NCBI GenBank assembly: GCA_040905425.1
Contig: JBBDRO010000008.1
Coordinates: forward strand, 1 to 61,415
From: Gemmatimonadota bacterium
GTDB taxonomy: Bacteria; Gemmatimonadota; Gemmatimonadetes; Longimicrobiales; RSA9
DNA length: 61,415 nt
Reading direction: 5' to 3'
In this document: positions 39,499-52,012 of the stretch, piece by piece
How the letters are laid out: each line of letters starts with the position of its first letter
Numbering within the stretch: position 1 is the stretch's first letter
Notes under the pieces: generated by a model
The model's database searches: none
Seen by the model: only the letters and a program-made list of their open reading frames with translations
Told to the model about the DNA's origin: nothing
Position numbers and translations under genes: made by a program

Positions 39499-41703
39499 AT
39501 GATAGCTCTCCTCCCGCTCCTCCTGACCCTTGCGCTGGGCAGTCCCGTACCACCCGCCTCCGACGGGGCTCTGGTGTGGGGCCGCGTGACCAGCGCCAGC
39601 AACGGCAAGCCGCTGCGCTATGCCGTGGTGGAGGTCGTGCGGCCTGCCTTCGCCGACCTGCGTGTGGAGACGGACAGCGCCGGCTACTACGAGTTGCCAG
39701 ACGTGCCGCCCGGCCGAAGGACCCTCCGTGCCAGCCACATCGATCACGCGCCTTACGAGATCGACATCGACATCCCGGAGCGCGGCACGGTCGTCCTCAA
39801 TCCCGTGCTGGATCTGCGACCGGTCCGCCTTCCTCCGGTCACGGGCGGCCGCCAACCGTCGCTGCATAACGGACGCGACACCCTGGCCGCGGGACGGCCG
39901 GCGCTCGGGCCGGCGACCACGCGCGCCCTGGAGAGCACGCCGGGTGTCTCGGAACTCGGCATGGCTGAAGCCGCCCGAGACATCCCCGGCCAGGAACCGC
40001 TCGATCCCAGTGACATCCTTTACGTGCGCGGTGGTGCGGCGGATCTGAAGCTCGTGCTGCTGGACGGGGCGCCCGTGTACGCGCCCTTCCACATGGGTGG
40101 CCTGATTCCCCCCTTCGAGGGGGATGTGTTGCGTTCGGCTGCGCTCTATCTGGGGGGCGCACCGGCGCGCTACGACGGCGGCCTGTCCTATGTGATGGAC
40201 ATGGAAACCCGTTCCGGCCGCACGCAGGCACCCCATGCGGTCGTGGCGGCCGATCTGCTGTCGGTACGTACCGTACTGGAGGGTCCGGTGGGCGGGCGGG
40301 CCGGCTACCTGGCCAGCGTGCGCCACGTGCATGGTGCCGGTGCCGATCCGTTTCTGCATGGCGCCTTTCCCTACGGCTACAGTGACTTACTGGTACGCGG
40401 GGACGTGGCGGTCGGCCAGGGGCTACTGAGAGCCATGGCTTTCTGGAATCGTGAGGAAGTCCAGCTGGACAGTCTGAGCGTCCTCGATCAGGTGGCCGCA
40501 TGGGGCAACCGGGCGGGCTCGCTACGCTATCATGGCGTGCTGGGGGCAACGGACGCCCTGGTAACGGTGGCTGGTGGGGTCTTCGAGAGTGAGCTGCCCA
40601 TCGGCGGCGTACGGCCGCTGGAGACCCGGGGTGAAGCTCGTCGCTTGCGGGTCACCGCCGATTTTGAACGGCTGGTGGATGCGGGCCGGGTTCAGTTCGG
40701 CGCCTCCTTCGACCGCAGCGTCTTCCGCTATGGCGCCCGTGCGCGCCTGCCCACCGACAGCCTCTTCTTCTCCGTGGATGAAAGCGGTGACGTGGCCGGG
40801 ATCTACGCGGATGCCACCATCCAGCCCCATCCACGGCTCCGTCTGCGCGGCGGTCTGCGGGGTGATGTCTTCAGCCTGCACCCCGCGCTGCGTGTGGCAC
40901 CGCGGTTCGGGCTCACGTACGCCCTCAGTGACCGCGCCTCCATCAGCCTGGCGGGAGGCCGCTATCGGCAGTACGTGCGGGCGCCCGATGAGGCCATCCT
41001 GTTCCTGGGGTCTCCCCTGCCTGACACGGTGGCTCCCCCGCTGGCCGTTGCCAGCGCCAACCACGTGGTGCTGTCGCTGGATCAGACCCTCGGTGAGGGG
41101 ATGCGGCTGGGAGTGGAGGGGTTCTACAAGCGCTTCAAGGACCTTCCTTCGGTGACGTCTCGCGAAGCACAGTCGTCAGGGGTGGATCTCTGGGCGCAGC
41201 GGGTCACGGGGAGCTACACCGGCTGGGTGAGCTACTCGTTGGCGTGGGTATGGTCGGTGAACGATGGCAGCTTCAGGGACGAGCAGCTTTTCTCCGGACG
41301 CCATCTGGTGAGTGCGGGTGCCGGGGGGCCGATCCTGGGCGCGGGGGAATTCGAGGTGCGTCTGGCCTACGGTGCGGGCATGCCGTACACGGCCATCCCC
41401 GAACCCGAGGTGGTCACGCCCGTCTTCGGCGCCGGCGGCTCGAGCATGGCCGCAGCCATGGTGCCGAGCGTCCCCGCAACGCCGGACGAGCCGTTCCTGC
41501 GCGTGGACCTGAGTTTCGCGCGCTCCTGGCGTGCCGTGGTGAATGGTTTTGCCTTCGAGGTGAAACCCTACGTGCGGGTGCTGAACGCTCTCAACCGGCG
41601 CGATGCGCTGTTCTATCACTTCGAGCGCGGTTCGACCGGGGATCCCCGCGCGCTCGCGGCCATCCCATTGCTGCCGGTGGCCGGGGTGGAATGGAGCTTC
41701 TGA
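39499..41703 (+). CDS. TonB-dependent receptor with N-terminal carboxypeptidase-regulatory-like domain
   Basis: Signal peptide, GRVTSASNGKPL, plug LYVRGG...LLDGAPVY..FHMGG, PARYDG, C-terminal GVEWSF. Confidence 0.85.
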   Translation: MIALLPLLLTLALGSPVPPASDGALVWGRVTSASNGKPLRYAVVEVVRPAFADLRVETDSAGYYELPDVPPGRRTLRASHIDHAPYEIDIDIPERGTVVLNPVLDLRPVRLPPVTGGRQPSLHNGRDTLAAGRPALGPATTRALESTPGVSELGMAEAARDIPGQEPLDPSDILYVRGGAADLKLVLLDGAPVYAPFHMGGLIPPFEGDVLRSAALYLGGAPARYDGGLSYVMDMETRSGRTQAPHAVVAADLLSVRTVLEGPVGGRAGYLASVRHVHGAGADPFLHGAFPYGYSDLLVRGDVAVGQGLLRAMAFWNREEVQLDSLSVLDQVAAWGNRAGSLRYHGVLGATDALVTVAGGVFESELPIGGVRPLETRGEARRLRVTADFERLVDAGRVQFGASFDRSVFRYGARARLPTDSLFFSVDESGDVAGIYADATIQPHPRLRLRGGLRGDVFSLHPALRVAPRFGLTYALSDRASISLAGGRYRQYVRAPDEAILFLGSPLPDTVAPPLAVASANHVVLSLDQTLGEGMRLGVEGFYKRFKDLPSVTSREAQSSGVDLWAQRVTGSYTGWVSYSLAWVWSVNDGSFRDEQLFSGRHLVSAGAGGPILGAGEFEVRLAYGAGMPYTAIPEPEVVTPVFGAGGSSMAAAMVPSVPATPDEPFLRVDLSFARSWRAVVNGFAFEVKPYVRVLNALNRRDALFYHFERGSTGDPRALAAIPLLPVAGVEWSF

Positions 41704-41707
41704 TGCG

Positions 41708-42022
41708 CTAGCGCTTCACGCGCATGGACAGCTCCTGCCGGTATTTCTCGTAGGCTTCCTTGGTCAGCTCCCCCTGCTCGTACTTCTTGTCCAGCACCTC
41801 CTGCGCCTGACGGCCGAAGTCCTGCTTGCCGGCCTCCCGATGGGCCATTAGCCAGAGTACGAATAGCAGAAGCAGATATTCGGAGTACGGGCTGTAGGGC
41901 GCGGGGCTGTCCACGAAATCCACGAAGCTCTCCCACCATGTTTGTTCGGCGGCGGCCACGGAATCCGCGGCCAACCGCGTCACGCGCTGCGCGGCGGTGA
42001 GGAGGGATGCTACGATCTTCAT
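41708..42022 (-). CDS. Small membrane protein with SHOCT-like C-terminus
   Basis: One TM followed by EVLDKKYEQGELTKEAYEKYRQEL. Confidence 0.72.
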   Translation of the reverse strand: MKIVASLLTAAQRVTRLAADSVAAAEQTWWESFVDFVDSPAPYSPYSEYLLLLFVLWLMAHREAGKQDFGRQAQEVLDKKYEQGELTKEAYEKYRQELSMRVKR

Positions 42023-42029
42023 GTGCCGC

Positions 42030-42245
42030 TCACGTCAGACGCCGTCCATCCACCATGGCGCCCAGGACGCACTCGGGCCGGAAGCAGAGGTCGTGACCCC
42101 ATTCGTCCTCGAACCAGAGCGGCTTGCCCTGCCGCATGCGGAAGAGGATGGACCGCTGCAGATCGACCGGGCGTTGCTTCCAACGCGCACGGAACGCGAA
42201 TACGCCCTCCTCGGTGGCGAGGCTGACATGCACGGTAGGGACCAT
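42030..42245 (-). CDS. Hypothetical protein (71 aa)
   Basis: GAGG RBS before ATG 42245; stops 7 nt before the next gene; ORF track extends it to 42317. Confidence 0.6.
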   Translation of the reverse strand: MVPTVHVSLATEEGVFAFRARWKQRPVDLQRSILFRMRQGKPLWFEDEWGHDLCFRPECVLGAMVDGRRLT

Positions 42246-42342
42246 GTCCCTCAGCGGGACGCGCGCGTAATACACCATGATAGGGACTACGCTAATCTCG
42301 AAACCGTTTCCGAGCAACGGTTTTCCGCACTCGCGGGTGGCT

Positions 42343-43320
42343 TCAGACGCCTTGGTCGCGCCACCGGGCGTCCAGTTCGGCGTGGCGGGGGCCGATCTGT
42401 GTCCGCCATGCGGGGAGCGCGTAGATGCCGGTCGCGGGCAACCGGGGTCGCTCCGCTGGCGGCTCCCGACCGAGCACCTCGCGGACGGCTCCGCGTACGG
42501 CGTCCCGCGCCTCCAGCATGCGCAGGTGGAAGAGGGTCTGGCGCCGCGCCCAGGGACTCATGTTCTGCGCGCTCGGATGGGTCAGCCAGAGGATGGCCGG
42601 CAGCGCGGCCTGCCCCCAGGCCGTGCGCCATGCGGCGGTAAAGGCCGCGTCGGGTGGCGCGGCGCGGCCCCAGGGTGTGACCTCCCCCCGGGCAAAGCCC
42701 AGGCCCTCCAGGCGGGCCTTGCCGGGCAGGAGCACGCGCTCGGCGCCGTCCAGCACCCCCGCCGCCACCGTGGCCCGGAGCGCCACGTTGCCCAGCGCCA
42801 GCACCAGCGCCGCCCCGGACGCCAGCACGGTCTCCCGCAGCAGGTGAATGCTGCTGGGCACGGTGCCCACGCCTGCGCGCAGCTCGGCCGGCTTCGGTTC
42901 CCCGCCACCCGCCGCCGGGAGCTGGTTCAGCGCGGCGGTGATGAAGACCTGGTTGCGGTCCAGTCCTGCCGTGCCCAGCAGCACGTCCAGGTTGGCGCCG
43001 GCCACGTCACCGCCGAACGGGATGCGCGTGGCGTGGGCACCCATGGCCCCGCCACCGCGGCCGCCGGCGTTGCCGGGCGCCGCACCCACCCAGAGCGTTT
43101 CCACGCGCCGCCAGGGTCCGTTGCGGCGGCTCCATGCAATGGGACGGTCGGCCGGGGCACCGCCCGGGTCGCGGCAGGGCTCGCGCAGCCACTCATCATC
43201 GGCGCACGCCGCGTGGCCGGCGTGGACACGCCGGAAGAGGGTGCGGAAGCGCTCTTCCTGCTCCGCGGCAGGCCTTGGCCCGGACGTCGGCGATGGCTGG
43301 GATCCAGGGCTCACGGACAC
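42343..43320 (-). CDS. Uracil-DNA glycosylase superfamily protein (atypical motif A)
   Basis: LWVGAAPG, RIPFGGDVAGANLDVLL, FIT, VLALGNVA, motif B THPS. Confidence 0.75.
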   Translation of the reverse strand: MSVSPGSQPSPTSGPRPAAEQEERFRTLFRRVHAGHAACADDEWLREPCRDPGGAPADRPIAWSRRNGPWRRVETLWVGAAPGNAGGRGGGAMGAHATRIPFGGDVAGANLDVLLGTAGLDRNQVFITAALNQLPAAGGGEPKPAELRAGVGTVPSSIHLLRETVLASGAALVLALGNVALRATVAAGVLDGAERVLLPGKARLEGLGFARGEVTPWGRAAPPDAAFTAAWRTAWGQAALPAILWLTHPSAQNMSPWARRQTLFHLRMLEARDAVRGAVREVLGREPPAERPRLPATGIYALPAWRTQIGPRHAELDARWRDQGV

Positions 43321-43521
43321 CTCGGTCGGGGGTCATGCCACGGCGCGCCACCGTCCGGAAAGCCGGCGGGGGCACGCGCGTGGCGTGGCGAAAGGGTGGG
43401 CCGTGCCGGGTCGCTTGCCAAGGGTTCGGCGCCGCCTTGCGTCCGCAGGTCCGAGGTGAGATCTCTCATGGGTGAGCGCGCCGACGGCGGCGGCGGTACG
43501 GGGACGCGGATGGGAGGATCC

Positions 43522-44808
43522 ATGAGTCAGTCACGGCACGAATATCACCGGCGGGCCATCGCGGGGCGCCAGCTCCGCCCGGAATCCCTCATGATGGGCT
43601 TCGGCTACGACCCGCACCTCTCGGAGGGCTCCCTCAAGCCGCCCATCTTCCAGACCTCCACTTTCGTGTTCGAGAGCGCCGAGGACGGCAAGGCCTTCTT
43701 CGAACTGGCCTACGGGCTGCGGGAGAAGGACGCCCGGGAGGAGCCCGGCCTCATCTATTCGCGCATCAACAATCCGGACATCCAGGTGCTGGAGGAACGC
43801 CTCTGCGTCTGGGACGAGGCGGAGGCGGGGCTGACTTTCGCGAGCGGCATGGCGGCCATTGCCACGACCATGCTCACCTTCCTGCGGCCCGGGGACGCCC
43901 TGGTCCACAGTGATCCGATCTACGGTGGGACGGAGTTTCTGGTGACCAAGGTGCTGCCGGAGTTCGGCGTGCACGTGGAGTTCTTCCGCTCGGGTGTGCC
44001 GGGCTCGCTCGAGGCCGCGGTGGAGCGCGCCACCGCGCGGGGCCGGCTCGGCATGATCTACGTGGAGACGCCGGCCAATCCCACGAACGCGGTGGTGGAC
44101 ATCGCGCACTGCCGCGCGCTGGCCGACGGCCTCAGCCACGCGGATGGACGGCGCCCGCTCGTGGCGGTGGACAACACCTTCCTGGGCCCGCTCTGGCAGC
44201 ATCCGCTCAAGGTCGGCGCCGACCTGGTGCTCTACTCGCTCACCAAGTATGTGGGTGGTCATAGCGATCTCATTGCGGGCGCGTGCCTGGGTGCCGAGCG
44301 GGAGGTGGCGCAGGTGCGCGGCATGCGTACCATCCTGGGCACCATGGCCGATGCGTGGACGGCCTGGCTGGTCATGCGCAGTCTGGAGACGCTCAAGCTG
44401 CGCATGACGTGCAGCATGAAGAACGCCCGCAAGGTGGCGGAGTTCCTGCGCGAGCATCCGCGGGTGACGCGCGTGGACTACCTGGGTTTCCTCGAGGAGG
44501 GCTCCCCGGCGCACGAGGTGTGCGAGCGCCAGTGCGTGGCCGCGGGCTCCACCTTCTCCTTCGAGGTGGCGGGCGGGGAAGCGGCGGCCTTCGGTGTCCT
44601 GAACAAGCTGCGCATCATCCACCTGGCGGTGAGCCTGGGCGGCACCGAGTCGCTGGCCCAGCATCCCCGCACGATGACGCACGCGGACGTGCCGACCGAC
44701 AAGCAGGACGAGCTGGGCATCACGCCGGGGCTGGTGCGGCTGTCGATCGGCATCGAGCATCCGGATGACGTGATCGCGGACCTGCGGCAGGCGTTGGAAA
44801 CGGGCTAG
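43522..44808 (+). CDS. Cys/Met metabolism PLP enzyme (cystathionine gamma-synthase/methionine gamma-lyase family)
   Basis: FQTSTF, YSRINNP, SGMAAI, ETPANP, DNTF, SLTKYVGGHSD, AVSLGGTESL. Confidence 0.92.
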   Translation: MSQSRHEYHRRAIAGRQLRPESLMMGFGYDPHLSEGSLKPPIFQTSTFVFESAEDGKAFFELAYGLREKDAREEPGLIYSRINNPDIQVLEERLCVWDEAEAGLTFASGMAAIATTMLTFLRPGDALVHSDPIYGGTEFLVTKVLPEFGVHVEFFRSGVPGSLEAAVERATARGRLGMIYVETPANPTNAVVDIAHCRALADGLSHADGRRPLVAVDNTFLGPLWQHPLKVGADLVLYSLTKYVGGHSDLIAGACLGAEREVAQVRGMRTILGTMADAWTAWLVMRSLETLKLRMTCSMKNARKVAEFLREHPRVTRVDYLGFLEEGSPAHEVCERQCVAAGSTFSFEVAGGEAAAFGVLNKLRIIHLAVSLGGTESLAQHPRTMTHADVPTDKQDELGITPGLVRLSIGIEHPDDVIADLRQALETG

Positions 44809-45335
44809 AGGCTGTCGAGCAGGTCGTCGATGGCCTTGTCGACGGCGTCCTTGGCGCGGCCCGCCAGCAGGTTGGAGAGCATGTCCCGGACGTCGGGTGC
44901 CAGTTCCTCGTGGCGCCGGTCGCGCGCGGGCCGCACCACGTTGCCGATGGGGAGCAGGGCCAGCCTGGGACCGTCTTCCTGGGCCTGGCCGCCGTAGCCC
45001 TCTTCTCCCGGGGGCGCGGGCACGCTCGCGCGCCACGGCTCGGGATCGGGCTCTTCCGCTGCCTCCTCCTCACCATCGAACGGCAGCACCAGGCAGACGC
45101 GCGCCTCGATGTTGTGCTCGTCATCTTCGGTGGCGGCCAGCGCCAGGGAGACGGGCTCGGCCAGGAGACCCTGGATGGCGTCCACGGCTTCGCCCGCCAC
45201 CACACCGCGGGCCAGCAGGTGGCCATCAAAGAAATAGCCCAGCGCCACGCTGCCCGCCGGCGTGGCCTCGTTCTCCACGGGGCGCGCCACGAGGCTGACG
45301 GGATCGGGATGGGTCACGACGACGAGTGGCTCCAC
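44805..45335 (-). CDS. Hypothetical acidic protein
   Basis: AGGAAGGAG RBS before GTG 45335; genome-typical codon usage. Confidence 0.75.
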   Translation of the reverse strand: MEPLVVVTHPDPVSLVARPVENEATPAGSVALGYFFDGHLLARGVVAGEAVDAIQGLLAEPVSLALAATEDDEHNIEARVCLVLPFDGEEEAAEEPDPEPWRASVPAPPGEEGYGGQAQEDGPRLALLPIGNVVRPARDRRHEELAPDVRDMLSNLLAGRAKDAVDKAIDDLLDSL

Positions 45336-45461
45336 GCTGCTCCTTCCTGACGGTTCATGCCGGGGCCCGAGTGCCCGTCCCACCTGATACACACGAATGG
45401 CGGACTGTTCCGGGGGCGGGCGGAACTCGAACGTGCACGCCGACGGGGCTTTCGAGCGGCC

Positions 45462-48272
<2,811 letters not shown>

Positions 48273-48547
48273 GGATCCTCGGGTGCGGGCCGCCGCGCCG
48301 CCGGGCGCGGTCAGGAATACGAGCGTCAGCCTCAAATTATGGCACAAGTCACCGTCACAGTCCAGCGCACGCGGGTCCGCGCGCGGGAGCGGCCGGCCGC
48401 ACGGCACTGGTTACCCGCCGGGCCGCGGCCGCGCCACCGCCGTCACGGCCCGTGGGGCTGGCGCCCACCACCGGCTGTTGCCCCCCGGGCCGCGCCGCCG
48501 CTATCGTTCGCCTGTCGACGCGTTTCATTTCCCCTGCACCCCTCCCG

Positions 48548-51175
48548 ATGGCCAAGTCGGACGAGACACCCCTCATGCAGCAATGGCGGGAGGCCAAGGC
48601 GCGGCACAGTGACGCCTTGATTTTCTTCCGCGTCGGCGATTTCTACGAGATGTTCAACGAGGACGCCGAGGAAGGCGCGCGCCTGCTCGGCCTCACGCTC
48701 ACCTCCCGCAACAACGGCGCGGCAGCCCGTGTGCCGCTGGCCGGTGTGCCCGTGCGGGCACGCGACGAGTACCTGGAGCGGCTCGTGCGCCTGGGGCGCC
48801 GCGTGGCCATCTGCGAGCAGGTGGAGGACCCGGCGGACGCCAAGGGACTGGTGCGCCGCGAGGTGGTGGAGACCATCACGCCGGGCGCGGTGCTGGCGGA
48901 CGTCCTCCTGGCCGCCGGGCGCAACAATCACCTGGTGGCGCTGGCCGGCGACCCCGCCGACCGCGTGGGCCTGGCGGCGGCGGACGTGTCCACCGGTGAG
49001 GTCACCCTGAGCGTGGCGGTGGCGGCTGATCTGGAGGCGGAGCTGGCCCGCTTCGAGCCCGCCGAACTGCTGCTGCCCGCCGGGTGGCGGGGCCGCGGCC
49101 TGCCGGGCGCGGAGGGTGTCAGCCGCACCCACCGGGCGGACTGGCTCTTCGATGCCGACGCGGCGGCGGAGGAAGTGCGCCGCTGCTACCGGGTCCACGG
49201 GCTGGACGGCTTCGGGCTGCAGCCGGGCGATGCCCCCGCCGTGGCGGCGCTCGGCGCCCTGCTGGCGTACCTGGCGGAGGTCCAGCCGGCGTGCCTGGAG
49301 GGGATCCGTGCGCCGCGCATGGAGCGTGGCGGGGACGCCATGCCGCTGGACGAGATGACGCGCCGCAACCTGGAACTGGTGGAGCCGCTGCGCCCGGATG
49401 CGGTGGCCGATGGCCACGCCGCCACGGTGCTGGACGTGCTGGACGAGACCCGCACCGCCATGGGCGCGCGCCTGCTGCGCCGCTGGCTGCTCCGGCCGCT
49501 GGTGGTGGCCGAGGGCATCTGGGAGCGCCAGGAGGCGGTGGCCGAGCTCTTCCACGACGCGCCGCTCCGCAGCGCCCTGCGCGCGGCGCTGGCCGACATC
49601 CGGGACCTGGAGCGGTTGGCCGCCAAGGTGGCCGTGGGGCGGGTCAACCCCCGCGAACTGCGCGGCCTGGCCCTCTCCCTGGAGAAGCTGCCCGCGCTCC
49701 GGGAGGCCGGGGCCGGTGCCGAGGCGCCCCACATCAGTGCGCTGGTGGAGGGCATCGATCCGCTCGACGACGTGCGCGACCTGCTCGAGCGCGCGCTGCA
49801 TGCGGAGCCGCCCGCCACCCTGGGTGACGGGGGCGTCATCCGGGCCGGCTGGGACGAGGAGCTGGACGAGTTGCGGGACCTGCGGGACAACGCCCAGGAG
49901 ACCCTGGCCGCCCTGCAGGTGCGCGAGCGCGAGCGCACCGGCATCGGCTCCCTCAAGGTGGGTTACAACAAGGTCTTCGGATACTTCCTGGAGGTCACGC
50001 GGGCCAACCTCGAGCGGGTGCCCGCGGAGTACGAGCGGCGCCAGACGCTGGCCAACGCCGAGCGCTACATCACGCCCGAGCTGAAGGAGTGGGAAGGCAA
50101 GATCCTGGGCGCCGAGGAGCGCATTGGAGTGGTGGAGGCGCGCCTCTTCGGGGCGCTCCGCACGCGGGTGGCGGAGGAGGTGGCCCGGCTGCAGGCCGCC
50201 GCCGAGGGGGTGGCGGCGCTGGACGTCTACGCCGGGCTGGCGCACCTGGCGGAGCGGCGCGGCTACACCCGGCCGGAGGTGCACACGGGCCAGCGCATGG
50301 CCATCGACGGCGGCCGCCATCCGGTGGTCGAGACCATGATGCCGCGCGAGAAGTTCATCCCCAATGACCTGGTGCTGGATGAGGACAGCCGCGTGGTGAT
50401 CCTCACCGGTCCCAACATGGCGGGTAAGAGCACGCTGCTGCGCCAGGTGGGGCTCATCCAGCTGCTGGCGCAGGTGGGCTCCTTCGTGCCGGCCCGCGCC
50501 GCGCACCTGCCGGTGTGCGACCGCATCTTCACCCGCGTGGGCGCCAGTGACAACCTGGTCCGGGGCCAGTCCACCTTCATGGTGGAAATGCAGGAGACCG
50601 GTGCCATCCTGCACGGCGCCTCGGAGCGCTCGCTGGTGCTGCTGGACGAGATCGGGCGGGGCACGGCCACCTACGACGGCGTGAGCATTGCCTGGGCGGT
50701 GACCGAACACCTCCACGAGAAGACGCGCGCCAAGACCATCTTCGCCACGCACTATCACGAGCTGACGCAGCTGGCCGACCTGCTGCCGGCGCTGGTCAAC
50801 TTCAACGTGGCGGTGCGCGAAGTGGGGGAGGAGATCGTCTTCCTGCACCACCTGAAGCCGGGCGGCGCGGACCGCTCCTACGGCATCGAGGTGGCGCGCC
50901 TGGCGGGCCTGCCGCCGGGCGTGGTCCGGCGGGCGCGGGAGATCCTGCGCGAACTGGAGGGCGCCCACACCGCGGCGGGGGAGGGGCTCGGGCGCCACGG
51001 CGCGCACCGGCCGGCGGCCAGCCCGCCGCCCGACCAGCTCATGCTGTTCCCGCGCGGCGACCATCCGGCACTGGCGCGCCTCCGCCGGCTCACGCCCGAG
51101 TCGCTCACTCCCCTGCAGGCGCTCAATGTCCTGGCGGAGCTCAAGGACATGATGGCCGGCGGGGAAGATGCCTGA
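48548..51175 (+). CDS. mutS: DNA mismatch repair protein MutS
   Basis: TPLMQQW, FFRVGDFYEMF, TGPNMAGKST, STFMVEM, DEIGRGT, ATHYHEL. Confidence 0.97.
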   Translation: MAKSDETPLMQQWREAKARHSDALIFFRVGDFYEMFNEDAEEGARLLGLTLTSRNNGAAARVPLAGVPVRARDEYLERLVRLGRRVAICEQVEDPADAKGLVRREVVETITPGAVLADVLLAAGRNNHLVALAGDPADRVGLAAADVSTGEVTLSVAVAADLEAELARFEPAELLLPAGWRGRGLPGAEGVSRTHRADWLFDADAAAEEVRRCYRVHGLDGFGLQPGDAPAVAALGALLAYLAEVQPACLEGIRAPRMERGGDAMPLDEMTRRNLELVEPLRPDAVADGHAATVLDVLDETRTAMGARLLRRWLLRPLVVAEGIWERQEAVAELFHDAPLRSALRAALADIRDLERLAAKVAVGRVNPRELRGLALSLEKLPALREAGAGAEAPHISALVEGIDPLDDVRDLLERALHAEPPATLGDGGVIRAGWDEELDELRDLRDNAQETLAALQVRERERTGIGSLKVGYNKVFGYFLEVTRANLERVPAEYERRQTLANAERYITPELKEWEGKILGAEERIGVVEARLFGALRTRVAEEVARLQAAAEGVAALDVYAGLAHLAERRGYTRPEVHTGQRMAIDGGRHPVVETMMPREKFIPNDLVLDEDSRVVILTGPNMAGKSTLLRQVGLIQLLAQVGSFVPARAAHLPVCDRIFTRVGASDNLVRGQSTFMVEMQETGAILHGASERSLVLLDEIGRGTATYDGVSIAWAVTEHLHEKTRAKTIFATHYHELTQLADLLPALVNFNVAVREVGEEIVFLHHLKPGGADRSYGIEVARLAGLPPGVVRRAREILRELEGAHTAAGEGLGRHGAHRPAASPPPDQLMLFPRGDHPALARLRRLTPESLTPLQALNVLAELKDMMAGGEDA

Positions 51176-51506
51176 GGCGGCCTGGCGCGCGCCGCAGCGG
51201 GCGCCAGGCCCGCCCCGGGAGCTCGACGCGCGCCGCTTCTTCACCTTCGTGGCGCGGGCGCTGCTGCTGCGCTGCCCGTCGTGCGGACGCGCCGGCATCC
51301 TGGCCGAACTGGCGGCCGCTCTGCTCATCCTCCTGGCGCTCGTGCTCACCTGGCCAGAAGTTCCCTGGAAGCTGGTGCAGTATGGCGGGGTGGCGCTCGT
51401 GCTGATCATGCCGCTCCTCTTCTTCCCTTTCTCCCGGACGCTCTGGCTGGCCGTGCACCTGGCCTTCCATCCGCCCACGGAGACCGACTTCGCGGAAGGA
51501 ACCTGA
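51168..51506 (+). CDS. DUF983-like membrane protein, apparently internally deleted
   Basis: RALLLRCPSCG N-terminus and PLLFFPFSRTLWLA C-terminus; only one CxxC. Confidence 0.6.
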   Translation: MPEAAWRAPQRAPGPPRELDARRFFTFVARALLLRCPSCGRAGILAELAAALLILLALVLTWPEVPWKLVQYGGVALVLIMPLLFFPFSRTLWLAVHLAFHPPTETDFAEGT

Positions 51507-51511
51507 CACGC

Positions 51512-52012
51512 ATGCCTGAACACGATCGCGGCGCTCCAGCCGCGCGCCACACGGGCCACCGCGTCGCCGCGCCCGCCACGGGCCACCGCGCCTCGGCCGC
51601 GCGCTCCACGGGACAGGGCGCCAGCGGCCGCTTGCGCGCGCCCGGCCTGGCGGCGCTCTTCCTGCTCGGCGCCTGCGGCGGGGCACCCCAGCCCGTGGCC
51701 AGCCCCGAGCTCGTTCCCGGTCCCTCACCCTTCGAATACCCGCTCTCGCTCTGGGATTCGGACGTGGACGGCACCACCGAGCTCATGGTGCACGTGAGCG
51801 TGGCCGGCTCGGTGGACAGCGTCTACGTGGAGCGCGGCAGCGGCTACCCGGCCTTCGATTCGGCGGCCGTGGCGGGTGCGCGCACGCTGCGCTTCTCCCC
51901 CGGGCGGCGCGGGGACGAGGCCGTGCCCGCCTGGACCCGCGTGCCCGTACGCTTCTCCCACGACAGCGCCACCGTGAACCTGATTCCGCGCGCCAGACAG
52001 GAGGAGCCATGA
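51512..52012 (+). CDS. TonB C-terminal-domain lipoprotein
   Basis: Lipobox LLGAC, YP, GSVDSV..ERGSGYPAFDSAAV, VPVRF; start may be TTG 51632. Confidence 0.8.
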   Translation: MPEHDRGAPAARHTGHRVAAPATGHRASAARSTGQGASGRLRAPGLAALFLLGACGGAPQPVASPELVPGPSPFEYPLSLWDSDVDGTTELMVHVSVAGSVDSVYVERGSGYPAFDSAAVAGARTLRFSPGRRGDEAVPAWTRVPVRFSHDSATVNLIPRARQEEP

